Positions 31,797 through 42,175 of a DNA stretch of 64,000 nt are shown here, in pieces. The DNA is from an uncultured Spirochaetota bacterium (GTDB taxonomy: Bacteria; Spirochaetota; UBA4802; UBA5550): assembly GCA_963827275.1 (NCBI GenBank), contig CAWHAA010000005.1, forward strand, positions 544,001 to 608,000, in the 5' to 3' direction. Both the position numbers and the translations under genes were made by a program. The notes below the pieces were generated by a model that saw nothing but the letters and a program-made list of their open reading frames with translations, searched no databases and was not told the DNA's origin. Position 1 is the first letter of the stretch. Each line of letters starts with the position of its first letter.

Positions 31797-33155
31797 ATGC
31801 ACAGCACCCCAAAGCGACTCCTGGATGAATTAAAGAAAAAATCAATGACGCCGGAGGAAGCGGCGAAAGCCGTGAAGTCGGGCGACCGGATATTTTACGG
31901 TGAATTCGCCCTTTTCCCGGAAGCGGTTGACAAGGCGCTCGGCGACCGTATCCATGAGCTTGAACGCGTTGACATCCGGAGTGTCAGCTTCACCCGCCTG
32001 CCCAAGCCGGTCGAAAATGACCCGGAGCGGCGGCACGTGATAATGAACGACTGGCACTTCGGCAAGGTGTCGCGCATGCTGCACGAGCGCAACCTCTGCA
32101 ATTACATTCCCATCACCTACCACCAGGGGCCGCGCATATGCCGCAAGTACCTCGACATCGACGTATCGATAATCACCGCCGCGCCGATGGACAAGAACGG
32201 CTACTTCAACTTCGGGCTGGCGAATTCCGTCACCGGGTCGCACCTGTCGAAGTCGAAGACCATCATCGTTGAAACGAATGAGAGCGTCCCCTACTGCCTC
32301 GGCGGGAACTACGAGTCGATCCATATCTCCGAGGTGGACCGGGTGGTGGAGGGCGGGAACAATCCCATGGTGGAGGTGCCGCCCGCCGAGCCGCGCGGCG
32401 CCGACAGGGAGATTGCCGGCCATATCATGCGCGAGATCGAGGACGGGGCCACCCTCCAGCTCGGCATCGGGGGCCTTCCGAACACGATCGGCCGGCTGAT
32501 CGCGGAGAGCGACCTCAAGGACCTGGGCATCCACACGGAGATGCTGGTGGATTCATGCGTCAACCTCTATGAATCGGGGCGCATCACCGGGCGGCACAAG
32601 ATGGTGGACCGGTTCAAGATGACCTACACCTTCGCCCTGGGGACGCGCACGCTGTATGATTTCATGCACCTGAACCCGACCTGCGCGTCATACCCGGTCA
32701 ATTACATCAACGACCCGCGGATCATCGCGTTCAACCCCAAGGTGGTCGCCATCAACAACGCCCTGGAGATCGACCTGTTCAGCCAGGTCTGCTCCGAATC
32801 CGCCGGCACGCGGCAGATATCGGGCACGGGGGGCCAGCTCGATTTCATCTTCGGCGCGTTCCAGTCAAAGGGCGGGAAGGGGATCATATCGCTCAGCTCG
32901 ACGCACACCGACAGCGCCGGCGTCGTCCATTCCCGTATCGTGCCGTTCCTGCGCCCGGGATCGATCGTCACCGTGCCGCGCTCCATCGTCCAGTATGTGG
33001 TCACCGAATACGGCATCGTGCAGCTCAAGGGATGTTCCACCTGGGAGCGGGCCGAAAAGCTGATAAGCATCGCCCACCCCGACTTCAGGGACGGGCTCGT
33101 CAGGCAGGCTGAGGAGATGAAGATATGGGTGAGGTCGAACAGGATCCGGGATTGA
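31797..33155 (+). CDS. Acetyl-CoA hydrolase/transferase family (butyryl-CoA:acetate CoA-transferase-like)
   Basis: [39 protein letters not shown]. Confidence 0.92.
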   Translation: MHSTPKRLLDELKKKSMTPEEAAKAVKSGDRIFYGEFALFPEAVDKALGDRIHELERVDIRSVSFTRLPKPVENDPERRHVIMNDWHFGKVSRMLHERNLCNYIPITYHQGPRICRKYLDIDVSIITAAPMDKNGYFNFGLANSVTGSHLSKSKTIIVETNESVPYCLGGNYESIHISEVDRVVEGGNNPMVEVPPAEPRGADREIAGHIMREIEDGATLQLGIGGLPNTIGRLIAESDLKDLGIHTEMLVDSCVNLYESGRITGRHKMVDRFKMTYTFALGTRTLYDFMHLNPTCASYPVNYINDPRIIAFNPKVVAINNALEIDLFSQVCSESAGTRQISGTGGQLDFIFGAFQSKGGKGIISLSSTHTDSAGVVHSRIVPFLRPGSIVTVPRSIVQYVVTEYGIVQLKGCSTWERAEKLISIAHPDFRDGLVRQAEEMKIWVRSNRIRD

Positions 33156-33194
33156 CCGCCCGGCGCGAAGGCCGGGCGGGCGGAGCGGACGCCG

Positions 33195-34145
33195 CTACTT
33201 CTGGAGACGGTGACAGCGGTAGCACCCCTTCGGGCCGGAAGTTTGCCGGTGGCACCCCTGGCACTGCTGGTGATAGGCCGATTTCAGGTTGATCACGGCG
33301 TCCATGTCCTTCCTGGTGTGACAGGCAGAGCACTTTTTCATCGATCCCTTGTGGTGGCAATCGATACATTCGGTGTTGTACTCCTCGATGTGGGCCTTGT
33401 GATTGAACCGGATCTGCGGCAGGCGATGCCCGGTTTTATCGAGCAGAATGACAGCATTCCCTTCCTGGTACCCTGCGTTGACGCCGGCGTGGCACTCCCG
33501 GCATTTCACCGGTCCGCCCTTCTGCTTGTGGCACTCCTTGCAGAAATAATGAAGGATTTTCATCTTTGACTTGCCGACATGGCATTCCGAGCATTGTTTC
33601 GTCGGCGCCTCCTTCCCGGCGTCATGGTGACAGACATTGCATTGTATCTTCTGGTCGGCATGGATCCCGTGCTGTTTTTTATCGAAGGCGAAGGATTTCG
33701 CATACATTTTTTCAATATCTCTGTATTCCTGCTTTTCTGCCTTCTCCATATGGCACTCATTGCACCTTACCGGCCCGTCGTTTTTATTGCGATGGCACCC
33801 GATGCAGAATGTATGGAGATGCTGCGCGCCCTTCAGGCCCTTGTGGCAATACGAGCAGGTCTTGGTCCTTTCATCGTTAGACTTTTTATGATGACAGGTT
33901 ACGCAGGCGACTCCAGCTTTTTCATGCTGTTGGTGGGGCATTGTCACCCGGATGGTCGTCTCCAGGGTCTTTTTCATTCCCCGTGCGGCCTCTTCGCGGG
34001 AGACGAAAGCATTGACTTCTGTTATCGCAACCAGGTCAGTGCTGCTTGCGCTGTTCCTGCATGAACTGAAAACAGACAATGATAGAGACATAAAAAGGAG
34101 AAACAGCGCGGTGAGAATCGTTTTTTTCGGAGAAGCACATTCCAT
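33195..34145 (-). CDS. Dodecaheme class III cytochrome c (three c3-like modules), probable lipoprotein
   Basis: 12 CxxCH motifs in three groups of four; hydrophobic N-terminus ending FSSC. Confidence 0.88.
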   Translation of the reverse strand: MECASPKKTILTALFLLFMSLSLSVFSSCRNSASSTDLVAITEVNAFVSREEAARGMKKTLETTIRVTMPHQQHEKAGVACVTCHHKKSNDERTKTCSYCHKGLKGAQHLHTFCIGCHRNKNDGPVRCNECHMEKAEKQEYRDIEKMYAKSFAFDKKQHGIHADQKIQCNVCHHDAGKEAPTKQCSECHVGKSKMKILHYFCKECHKQKGGPVKCRECHAGVNAGYQEGNAVILLDKTGHRLPQIRFNHKAHIEEYNTECIDCHHKGSMKKCSACHTRKDMDAVINLKSAYHQQCQGCHRQTSGPKGCYRCHRLQK

Positions 34146-34401
34146 GGAAGGCCTGCCAAATCTTTATAATATTTAAAACAAAGCTTCCCGCCCCGATCCC
34201 CTGACAATGATATATGTTATATAAAAAAGATGGGACGTCAATACATTTTTTTACGCCATCAGCGCGGGCAATGGACCGCACCCTGCTTTGCAGGGACAGC
34301 GCCGCGCGTTCCCATATTTAAAAAAACATTTGATTTATTGAAATGTTTATTATCGAAATACTCGAACGTCCCTGTATTCAGGGTCAAGATATAACAGTAC
34401 T

Positions 34402-35520
34402 ATGGCAGAAGCTTCCATACTAATCGCCGGTTATTTCATTCTCGGCTGCGCCGTTATCGCGGGATATAAAGCGATCGAGCAGGTGCTGGTCAGGCCGGCC
34501 GACACGCCGCATTACATGCTGGCGCTGCTCATGCTCTGCCTCTGTTATCTTCAGGCGGCGTTCGGCCTGTTTTTTACCGGTGCAACGGCCGCATTACCGG
34601 CCGGTCTGTTCATCACCGGGCTTATAGTTTTTTCCATCGCGTCCTACCTGGCCGCTCCCCTTGCCTACCTCTACTACCGGGCACTGGTCAACGCGCCGCG
34701 CGGCTACAGGGAATACCTGCATCTCGCACCGGCGGTCGCTGCGGCCCTGGTTGCCGTGCCCTACTGCCTTGCCCTCAGCCCGGCCCGGGCGGACATTATA
34801 CAGACAGACTTCTTTTACACAGACCATGATCCGCTGGTGCATGCCATCTTCACCGGCGCGGTACTGGTGGTCCTTTCATACCTGTTCGCCCTTATGAAAA
34901 TAGAATACTCCGTGCGCGGCAGCGCGTCAATCAGGCCCGTGGTGCGGTCGCTGTTCCTCATCACCGGCGGCCTGCTGGCTGTCCCCGCCGCCCTGTACGG
35001 GGGATTCCTCATTCACCAGATATGGTTAAGCGCGCTGGGCGCGGTGCTTTTCTGTGTAAACATACTCCTGTTCATATTCGCCCATGTCCGGTACCACGAT
35101 TTCTTCCGCTCGATGGGCAGGGAAATCAGGCTGGCACAGTACAGGAAGTCGCTCCTGAAGGGCCTTGACATGGACATCATACGCGAGCGGCTGAACCATC
35201 TGATGGAGCGGGAGCGATACTACCGCAACTTCGAGGTCAGCATGAAATCCGTCGCGGACGAGCTTTCCATCACACCCCACCAGCTGTCGATGTACCTGAA
35301 CAAAAAGCTGCGCATCGATTTCAGGAAATTCATAAACAGGTACCGTGTCGAAGAGGCCAAGGAGCTGCTTTCAGAAAACAACGGCCGGAACGTCCTCACG
35401 ATCGGCTTTCATGTCGGTTTTGGATCCAAGACCTCATTCAATGTCATCTTCAAGGAATTCACCGGCAAGACCCCGACCGAATACCGTGAAGAGCGGTTGA
35501 AACGCCCGCACGATGATTGA
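34402..35520 (+). CDS. AraC-family regulator with an N-terminal multi-TM sensor
   Basis: About 7 TM segments then FINRYRVEEAK, VGFGSKTSFN..FK..TG.TP. Confidence 0.9.
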   Translation: MAEASILIAGYFILGCAVIAGYKAIEQVLVRPADTPHYMLALLMLCLCYLQAAFGLFFTGATAALPAGLFITGLIVFSIASYLAAPLAYLYYRALVNAPRGYREYLHLAPAVAAALVAVPYCLALSPARADIIQTDFFYTDHDPLVHAIFTGAVLVVLSYLFALMKIEYSVRGSASIRPVVRSLFLITGGLLAVPAALYGGFLIHQIWLSALGAVLFCVNILLFIFAHVRYHDFFRSMGREIRLAQYRKSLLKGLDMDIIRERLNHLMERERYYRNFEVSMKSVADELSITPHQLSMYLNKKLRIDFRKFINRYRVEEAKELLSENNGRNVLTIGFHVGFGSKTSFNVIFKEFTGKTPTEYREERLKRPHDD

Positions 35521-35708
35521 CCCGCCGCGACCGACCGGCATCCGCGTCAGACCCGGGGCACCCGCGGGCAGCATCCCGGGAGCTGAATTTTTATGGATCG
35601 CGGGTTTTTTTGGTTCGGAATTATAATCATGAACGACATCCCCCGAAAAAAATGGTACTCATTGCCTATTGCAGCACCGATTTCCATTTAAAAAGGAAGG
35701 AGAAAACA

Positions 35709-36272
35709 ATGAAAGAGATACCGGCCGACACCAGCGTCAGGGACCTGCTGCTGAAGCTAAGTCCCGAAATCGCCAGAGAAGCAATTGTATCCTCGGGAGC
35801 GGACAAAGAACTTGGAGGGACCGAGTTTTCCCTCGTCGTTGACGTTTCGGGTGACAAATACAGCTACCGGGTAAAGAACGGCACCGAGTTCGATATCAGG
35901 CAGGAGGACATCGACTCCCCGATGGTCCGCGTTAAGATCGACAGGGAATCCATCGAGAAGATGATCCAGACCAGCAGCCTGGACATGTTCCTCGGGATCC
36001 AGAGCGACCTCAACAGGAACAAGTACAACGTGCTGAAAAACATGAAGGGCAGTTTCGTCGCCGAGCTGACGAACGACGATGGAAGCATTCTCGCCATCGA
36101 AACCATATTCAACAACGCCACCGAGCCGAAAGCGGCTTTCAAGATGAGGACCGCGGACTCCATCGCCCTGACCAGGAAGGAGACGAACCCCGTTAATCTC
36201 TTCATGTCGGGGGCGATGAAAATAGAGGGGGACATGGCCTTCGCCATGTCGACGCAGCCGCTCTTCACATGA
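35709..36272 (+). CDS. SCP2 sterol/lipid-binding domain protein
   Basis: C-terminal NPVNLFMSGAMKIEGDM; AAGGAG RBS. Confidence 0.8.
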   Translation: MKEIPADTSVRDLLLKLSPEIAREAIVSSGADKELGGTEFSLVVDVSGDKYSYRVKNGTEFDIRQEDIDSPMVRVKIDRESIEKMIQTSSLDMFLGIQSDLNRNKYNVLKNMKGSFVAELTNDDGSILAIETIFNNATEPKAAFKMRTADSIALTRKETNPVNLFMSGAMKIEGDMAFAMSTQPLFT

Positions 36273-36281
36273 TCAAGGGCC

Positions 36282-36508
36282 GGGGTCAGAGTAACCGGCC
36301 TGCCGATAACTATCGGTCATGTGCCTGCTCTGACCCCGGGGACTACCGATAACTATCAGTCGTATGCTTACTCTGACACCGGGGATTACCGATAACTATC
36401 GGGACCCCTCCTCAGGTGTCAGCGCAGCGATATGCCGATAATCGTTAAAAGTTGCTCTGACACCCGAATTTCACCGATAACTATCGGTCAGCCGGTTACT
36501 CTGACCCC
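36282..36508. repeat. REP-like composite cassette bounded by 18-bp perfect inverted repeats
   Basis: GGGGTCAGAGTAACCGGC (36282) and GCCGGTTACTCTGACCCC (36491); internal palindrome and motif copies. Confidence 0.9.
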
Positions 36509-36529
36509 CCGGATTCACATGCGGCATGG

Positions 36530-36724
36530 TCACCCGATGATCTCCCTGACGCGCCCCACCCGCCCGTCCGCCAGCCGGACCTTGATCCCGCGCGGATGCA
36601 CGGCGGAATTGGTGAGCACGTCTTTCACAATCCCCTCGGTAAGGACGCCGGTGCGCTGATCCTGCTTCAGCACAATTTTTACTTTTAGCCCCGGCCTGAT
36701 GGCACCGCGCTGCGTTCCGTCCAT
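36530..36724 (-). CDS. YwbE family protein (DUF2196)
   Basis: IVLKQDQRTG.LTEG.V..LT.S..HPRGIKVRL..G.VGRV. Confidence 0.88.
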   Translation of the reverse strand: MDGTQRGAIRPGLKVKIVLKQDQRTGVLTEGIVKDVLTNSAVHPRGIKVRLADGRVGRVREIIG

Positions 36725-36755
36725 GGCTTCTCCTGGCGAACGGGAAGTCGCCCGC

Positions 36756-38921
36756 TTATCTCACCTGCTTGATAACATCGCTCATCTGGCGGGACTTTTC
36801 CTTCACGACCGCCGTAAGCTCCAGGATGCTGCTGTTCGCGATCGATACTTCCCTGGCCATCTCTGCAAGCCGGCCAATGGTGACGATCGCCGAGCTGATG
36901 GTCCGGCTCTGCCTGTCCGTCGCGCTCTCGATATTCTTTGCAAGATCATCCATGAGCCCCGCCTGCGCGACGATCCGGTTGACCGCGCTGTCCTGGCCGA
37001 GCACGAGGTTCTTCACCTCCTCGGTGCGGTTGGTTATGGTAGTGATGATGCTGAATGACTGCTCGAGCTGTTTCTTGGTGTTGTTCATCAGATCCGTGCC
37101 CTCGGTGATATCACTGATAATCGAGGTAATCTGGCTCGATATCTGCTTTGAATTGTCGGAAGTGGCAAGGGCGAGCTTCCCGATTTCATCCGCGACCACC
37201 GCAAAGCCGCGGCCGTGCTCCCCGGCCCGCGCCGCCTCTATCGCGGCGTTGAGGGAGAGCAGGTTGATCCGGTCGGTTATATCATCGATAATATTCATGA
37301 ATTCATCTATCGATTTTCCTCCCCTGTTGATGAGGGTCATTTTATCGATCAGGTTTTTCAGCGTGACCTCGGTCTCGTTGTTGGATTTCGATATGAGCGA
37401 TATGCTCTCCGCGACCGCCTGGCTCGCCCTGGTGATCGACTCCTGCGACTTCTGGAGCCCGCCGGAAAGCTCGCGGGTCCTGCTCCCCTCGTCGCGCTGG
37501 TTGACAATCGATGACTGGAGGCGCTCGTATTCGCCCTTCAGCAGGTTGAATTCCGACGACATGTCGGCGCTGGTCTTTTCCTGCTCGCCGGACATCTGCG
37601 AAAATTTATCACTGATGGTTGCCAGCTCGCCGCTCACCGCGAGCATCTTGTCCGTCATGTCGCTGACCGTGTTCACCACCTGTTCGAGATCTATGGCCCG
37701 CTCCTTGGCCACCGATTCGCTCTTCTCGAGGTTCTTGTTAAGGGTGACGACCTTGTTGCGCATCACGTTTATGTTTTCCGCAAGCGCTCCGGAGAGAAGG
37801 ATCGCGGTCGCCGTCGACCCGATCTGTATGCTCCAGTTGGTCAGGAAGCTCGGGGGCAGCACGCCGAACGTCTTCAGCGTGTAGAATATAATGCCCGTCA
37901 GCATAAAAAGCCAGCTAAAAAGGAAGAGCCTGGCATCGCGGGAGCCGCGCGCCACGAGGACCGCCGCCATGACGATCATGGTTGTCGATCCGATCAGGGC
38001 AAATGCTGTCGCGCCCTTTATCCCGATCTGGTAGGGCGCAACCAGTGAAACGATGCTCAAAACAATGCCGGGGACAATCATGACACCAATCGCGATCTTG
38101 TCCGAAACAGGATATTTTCTTTTTGTCTGCATAAAGGTACGGACCATCATCCCGCACCCCGCGACGATAAGGGAGATAAAGAAAGGAAGGCACTTGTTTG
38201 CCCACCAGGTCAGCCCGGGCCAGAGGTGCTGAAACGCCAGGCCGTTCAGGGTAAACTGGAAAAGCATCCACGTGGCAATAAAAAATATATAATAGAAATA
38301 ATTCACGTTGCGCGTTAACAACAATATCATCAGGTTATAAACAAGCAGGGCGAACATGATGCCGTAATAAGCCCAGAAGACGGGGAGATCCTGCTTGATT
38401 TTTTCGATGTACGTATTGACCGACAAGGCCGTGAGGGAAAAGTTGATCGAGCTCGTTGTCTGAATGCGCAGGTAGTATATCCCCCGGTCCTCGGGCGGGT
38501 CAATCCTGAACATTATATTCCTGTCATTTACCTCGCGGCCTGAATGCGGCAGGAGGTCCCCGGATCTTTTTTTCGTGTATGAACCGGCCCCGTCGGGAGA
38601 AAAGAGATCCACATAATCGAGCATCGGGTAATCGAGCTCAATGAAAAGAGAGGGGTCTCTGTATCCCTCGTTCTCAATCGCGAAACGGAACCAGTATACG
38701 GATTTCGTGAAGCCGAAATTGACTGATTCAGTCGCCGTTCGCTTCCACGCGGCGGATCCTCGTGCCGCATTAAAAGACAGATCGCCGTTTTTATCTTCGA
38801 GATATTCCGCGTTTTTAAAAACCGGATAACGTTCAAAGTTTTTTATGATGCCGATCGGTTCAAGGCTAAAGACCCTCAAGGGGAGAAATAGAAATACGAG
38901 AGCACAGATGTAGTACCTCAT
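36756..38921 (-). CDS. Methyl-accepting chemotaxis protein with a 7TM-DISM sensor
   Basis: NFGFTKSVYWFRF, LDYPMLDYVDL, 7 TM segments, [28 protein letters not shown]. Confidence 0.9.
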   Translation of the reverse strand: MRYYICALVFLFLPLRVFSLEPIGIIKNFERYPVFKNAEYLEDKNGDLSFNAARGSAAWKRTATESVNFGFTKSVYWFRFAIENEGYRDPSLFIELDYPMLDYVDLFSPDGAGSYTKKRSGDLLPHSGREVNDRNIMFRIDPPEDRGIYYLRIQTTSSINFSLTALSVNTYIEKIKQDLPVFWAYYGIMFALLVYNLMILLLTRNVNYFYYIFFIATWMLFQFTLNGLAFQHLWPGLTWWANKCLPFFISLIVAGCGMMVRTFMQTKRKYPVSDKIAIGVMIVPGIVLSIVSLVAPYQIGIKGATAFALIGSTTMIVMAAVLVARGSRDARLFLFSWLFMLTGIIFYTLKTFGVLPPSFLTNWSIQIGSTATAILLSGALAENINVMRNKVVTLNKNLEKSESVAKERAIDLEQVVNTVSDMTDKMLAVSGELATISDKFSQMSGEQEKTSADMSSEFNLLKGEYERLQSSIVNQRDEGSRTRELSGGLQKSQESITRASQAVAESISLISKSNNETEVTLKNLIDKMTLINRGGKSIDEFMNIIDDITDRINLLSLNAAIEAARAGEHGRGFAVVADEIGKLALATSDNSKQISSQITSIISDITEGTDLMNNTKKQLEQSFSIITTITNRTEEVKNLVLGQDSAVNRIVAQAGLMDDLAKNIESATDRQSRTISSAIVTIGRLAEMAREVSIANSSILELTAVVKEKSRQMSDVIKQVR

Positions 38922-39250
38922 CGGAGTAAACGCTTCCTTGTGATAGTGATTTGCTTATCAGTAGCCCATTAATATTGCATACGTCAAGCGAGTTTTTAAA
39001 AATCAGACAGATAAAGTATACACGTTGAACTTGACATGTGTAAATTATAAATTATTCTGTTATTGTACAGAAATTACGGGTCACGCAATGATATGAAAAT
39101 AAAATTACCCCGCGTGTCTCCTGCAGCAACGACCCCGGAGGTCAGACTGCTCGCAGAGCAGGCATTCTCCAGGGCAGCGTGCGCGGTTCGGCAGGAACTA
39201 TTTTTCATCCCGCCGCGATCATGACGCCGAACGCGCATACCGGCAACCAC

Positions 39251-39697
39251 TCACAGAAAATACTTGATGGCCCGCGCGGCAAAATATGCGCCGGCGATAA
39301 GAAAAAACGGGAGCGAGAGGAAAAACATAAGCAAATCGTAGAGACTGACCACGGAAGGATTGAGAACCTTTTTCCCGAAATAATTATAATGATAGTATTC
39401 GGGCAGCCCTGCCCGGTGTCGCACCCGCGCGAAGATCGAAATCTGGAGAAGGATGATGGCCGTCATCAGGGTCCCGGACATGAGCCAGATGAGCACCGAG
39501 CTGTCGATCTCGTCGATTTTCGCCGGTCTGAAGATACTGATAACGATGCATGTCCCGGCGATGATGACATTGATGACCGTGGTATCGAGGAACCTTCTCA
39601 GGAAGCGCTCCCTGTGCGTCCTGACATAGGCAATGAGGTAGTAGATATGCACCGTGAAAGTAACGGATAACAATAACAGAAGAATTATTATTACCAT
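39251..39697 (-). CDS. Hypothetical membrane protein (about 4 TM)
   Basis: Hydrophobic segments; GGAG RBS. Confidence 0.65.
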   Translation of the reverse strand: MVIIILLLLLSVTFTVHIYYLIAYVRTHRERFLRRFLDTTVINVIIAGTCIVISIFRPAKIDEIDSSVLIWLMSGTLMTAIILLQISIFARVRHRAGLPEYYHYNYFGKKVLNPSVVSLYDLLMFFLSLPFFLIAGAYFAARAIKYFL

Positions 39698-39828
39698 GCC
39701 CATTCTCCCGCATTTCAGCCGCACCCACCGCACTGAAACGATGCACAAGGAAGCGCCGTTTCATCCCTTCTTACCATGTCCGCCGCCATCGTTTTTTGTC
39801 AAGGGTCTTTATTGAAAAAACACGCGCC

Positions 39829-41817
39829 TCATGGCAGCGAGAATTTACGCCGGATGTCCGCCAGCGCGATGAAGAAGCCGCTGTCCGGCGCGCCGGCAAC
39901 GCTGTAATCCGGGACCGGGACCCACCGGTGCCGCTGGTCATCAGGGATCATCACTCCCATGTCATCAACGATGGCATTGTACTCGATGGCCACCCCGCAG
40001 CGGCGGAGGTCTTTTACCGTGCCCGCCGCCCCGCGGGGCCAGTCGACATACTCGTACCGTTCCATGAAGGCGTCAGGCACCGCCTTCCATTCCTTCAGGG
40101 ACTCAAACACCTCCGCGGCCTCCTGCCTGGATAGCGACGTGTATATGAAAATCCTGCTGAAGTGCAGGAGGCAGAATTCGATAAACCCGTACAGGCCGGG
40201 ACGGGGGTGCCTGCCGCCGTAATCGGTCACGAGTGTCCCCTCGATGTCCAGGGTTATCGCCCGCCCCTCGACCGCCGTGATGCCCTCCAGGGCCTCCGCG
40301 GCCGTACGCGCAGAATCAAACCGCTCGGCAGGGTCTCCGGCGAGGCATCGCCTGAAGAAGCCGAGAAACTCGCGCGGGACGATGTTGCCATCGGCGATCT
40401 CCTCATAGGATTGCGCCGGCCGGCCGCAGAGCATCTGCGCGAACACCACGCCGAGTGAATAGATATCGCTCCGCGCCGACGCGGGGCCGCCCCGCAGCAG
40501 CTCCGGCGCGATGTAGCCGGCCGAGCCGACCCGCACGCCGCCGCGCGCCTCATCCCGGTCCCGGACAAAATCCCGTGAAATCCCGAAATCGATGATCCGT
40601 GGATTTCCTCCTGCGTCAAAAAGAATATTGTCCGGCTTGATATCGTTATGCGCGATCCCCTTCCCGTGGATATCATCAAGGATCCGGAGCAGGCTGACCG
40701 CCACCGCCCGTGCCTGGCCCGGCGGCAATACGCCGCGGTCCTCCATGACATCGCCGAGCGAACCCCCGCCGGCGAACTCCTCCTCGTAGACAAGGCCGAG
40801 CCCCTCCTGCGTGATTCGCACGGGCCGGACCACGCCGGGGTGCCCGATATCGCGCGCGTATCTCTCTTCATTGATAAAATGCCAGTAGTTTTCATCAAAG
40901 CCGCCGCCGCGGGACTCATAGGTCTTCAGCACGACGGGGACGCTCTTCCGGCGGTTCCATGCGAGATAGATGTCGGACATGCTCCCCTTCCATATCACGC
41001 CACCGACCGCGTAATCTCCGGCAGTGAAGCCGTCTGCATAGCGCACGCCGGGGTCCCTGATGCCGCCGAGCACCCTGTCTTCCTGCGCGAACGTCCCCGC
41101 GCGCGGCCGGCCTTCAAGGGGCATCTCCTCCGCCGGCGATCCAGGCACGCCGTCTTCCACGTATCGGCCGAGGGCGTTGCGGACAGAACGAAGCACCAGC
41201 AGGCCCCCCATCGGCTGGTCCGGCCTCCTCCGCCACACCATCAGGGGCCGGAGGGAAAGATAATCGCCGGTCATGATGTCCACGAGGAGCGGCGTGCCCT
41301 CAGCCGACCCTCCCACGGCGTCGTCCGACCAGATGAAATATTCCATGCGCGGGCCAAGCAGCACCCGCACGCCCTCGCGTTCAACACAGGCGATCCGGAA
41401 CCGGGTGAGGAACGCCACCGGCTCGAATGAAGCGAGGAGCGAGTCCCTGTCGCCGCGGTCCACGGCGCCGGGATACACGCCCGCATGCTGCAGGAGGCGG
41501 ACCGGGCTCGGCATGCCGGCCAAAGGGCCGAATGCGCCGGGCGCCAATTCAAGCCTGAGATCGCGGACCCCGGGAGGGCCCGGGAGTGCCGTCGGGTCGG
41601 CCGAAAGCCAGAGGGCCTGCCTGAGGGCGGCCACAAACCGCACCGCCGTGCCGGCGCACCATTCAATCTTGTTTCTGATCTCCTCGTCATTGCGGGCGTA
41701 GAGCGCGGATTCATAGGAGCGTGATATCGGTCTCGGCAGCCGGTACCGCGCAGCGAATTGCCGATCGAAAGCAGTTTCTTCAGGTCCCCTTTCCATCATG
41801 CAGATCTCCTGATTCAT
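39829..41817 (-). CDS. Ser/Thr protein kinase fused to a C-terminal HAD (NIF/FCP1-like) domain
   Basis: VLK, HNDIKPDN, DFG, GYIAPE, DIYSLG; then LDIEGTL...RPGL..F...YTS...KDL...IVDD. Confidence 0.82.
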   Translation of the reverse strand: MNQEICMMERGPEETAFDRQFAARYRLPRPISRSYESALYARNDEEIRNKIEWCAGTAVRFVAALRQALWLSADPTALPGPPGVRDLRLELAPGAFGPLAGMPSPVRLLQHAGVYPGAVDRGDRDSLLASFEPVAFLTRFRIACVEREGVRVLLGPRMEYFIWSDDAVGGSAEGTPLLVDIMTGDYLSLRPLMVWRRRPDQPMGGLLVLRSVRNALGRYVEDGVPGSPAEEMPLEGRPRAGTFAQEDRVLGGIRDPGVRYADGFTAGDYAVGGVIWKGSMSDIYLAWNRRKSVPVVLKTYESRGGGFDENYWHFINEERYARDIGHPGVVRPVRITQEGLGLVYEEEFAGGGSLGDVMEDRGVLPPGQARAVAVSLLRILDDIHGKGIAHNDIKPDNILFDAGGNPRIIDFGISRDFVRDRDEARGGVRVGSAGYIAPELLRGGPASARSDIYSLGVVFAQMLCGRPAQSYEEIADGNIVPREFLGFFRRCLAGDPAERFDSARTAAEALEGITAVEGRAITLDIEGTLVTDYGGRHPRPGLYGFIEFCLLHFSRIFIYTSLSRQEAAEVFESLKEWKAVPDAFMERYEYVDWPRGAAGTVKDLRRCGVAIEYNAIVDDMGVMIPDDQRHRWVPVPDYSVAGAPDSGFFIALADIRRKFSLP

Positions 41818-41847
41818 TAGGTCATTTGACGATACCCTGTCAATATA

Positions 41848-41890
41848 TTACTCTGACCCCCTCACTCATGCACTGATTTGCTCTGACCCC
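41848..41890 (-). repeat. Two solo REP-like motifs
   Basis: TTACTCTGACCCC (41848) and TTGCTCTGACCCC (41878). Confidence 0.8.
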
Positions 41891-42175
41891 GATTCTACCA
41901 TCATCCCCCTGAGATTTTCAAAAATAAATATACCAAAATGCATAAATTGTCATATTTTATACCTTGCTATGACAAAAAATTAACATAAATTAAAAAATGA
42001 ACTATCAAATTCAATGATAGGGTTGCATATATTATAATGTTTCCGGTTACTCAGATTTAATGATAAGCAGGGATAGCCGCTTTCTGTGATAATGAATTAT
42101 ATTATAATGAGAGTAAGTATGCATAGGGGCCATGACAATGATGAACAAAAATAAAAAACGATCAGGGAGACAGCT

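Noticed and set aside
36432..36659. 75-aa ORF MPIIVKSCSD...
   Set aside because: It is a translation of REP repeats (PITIG, TLTP) and overlaps ywbE on the other strand.
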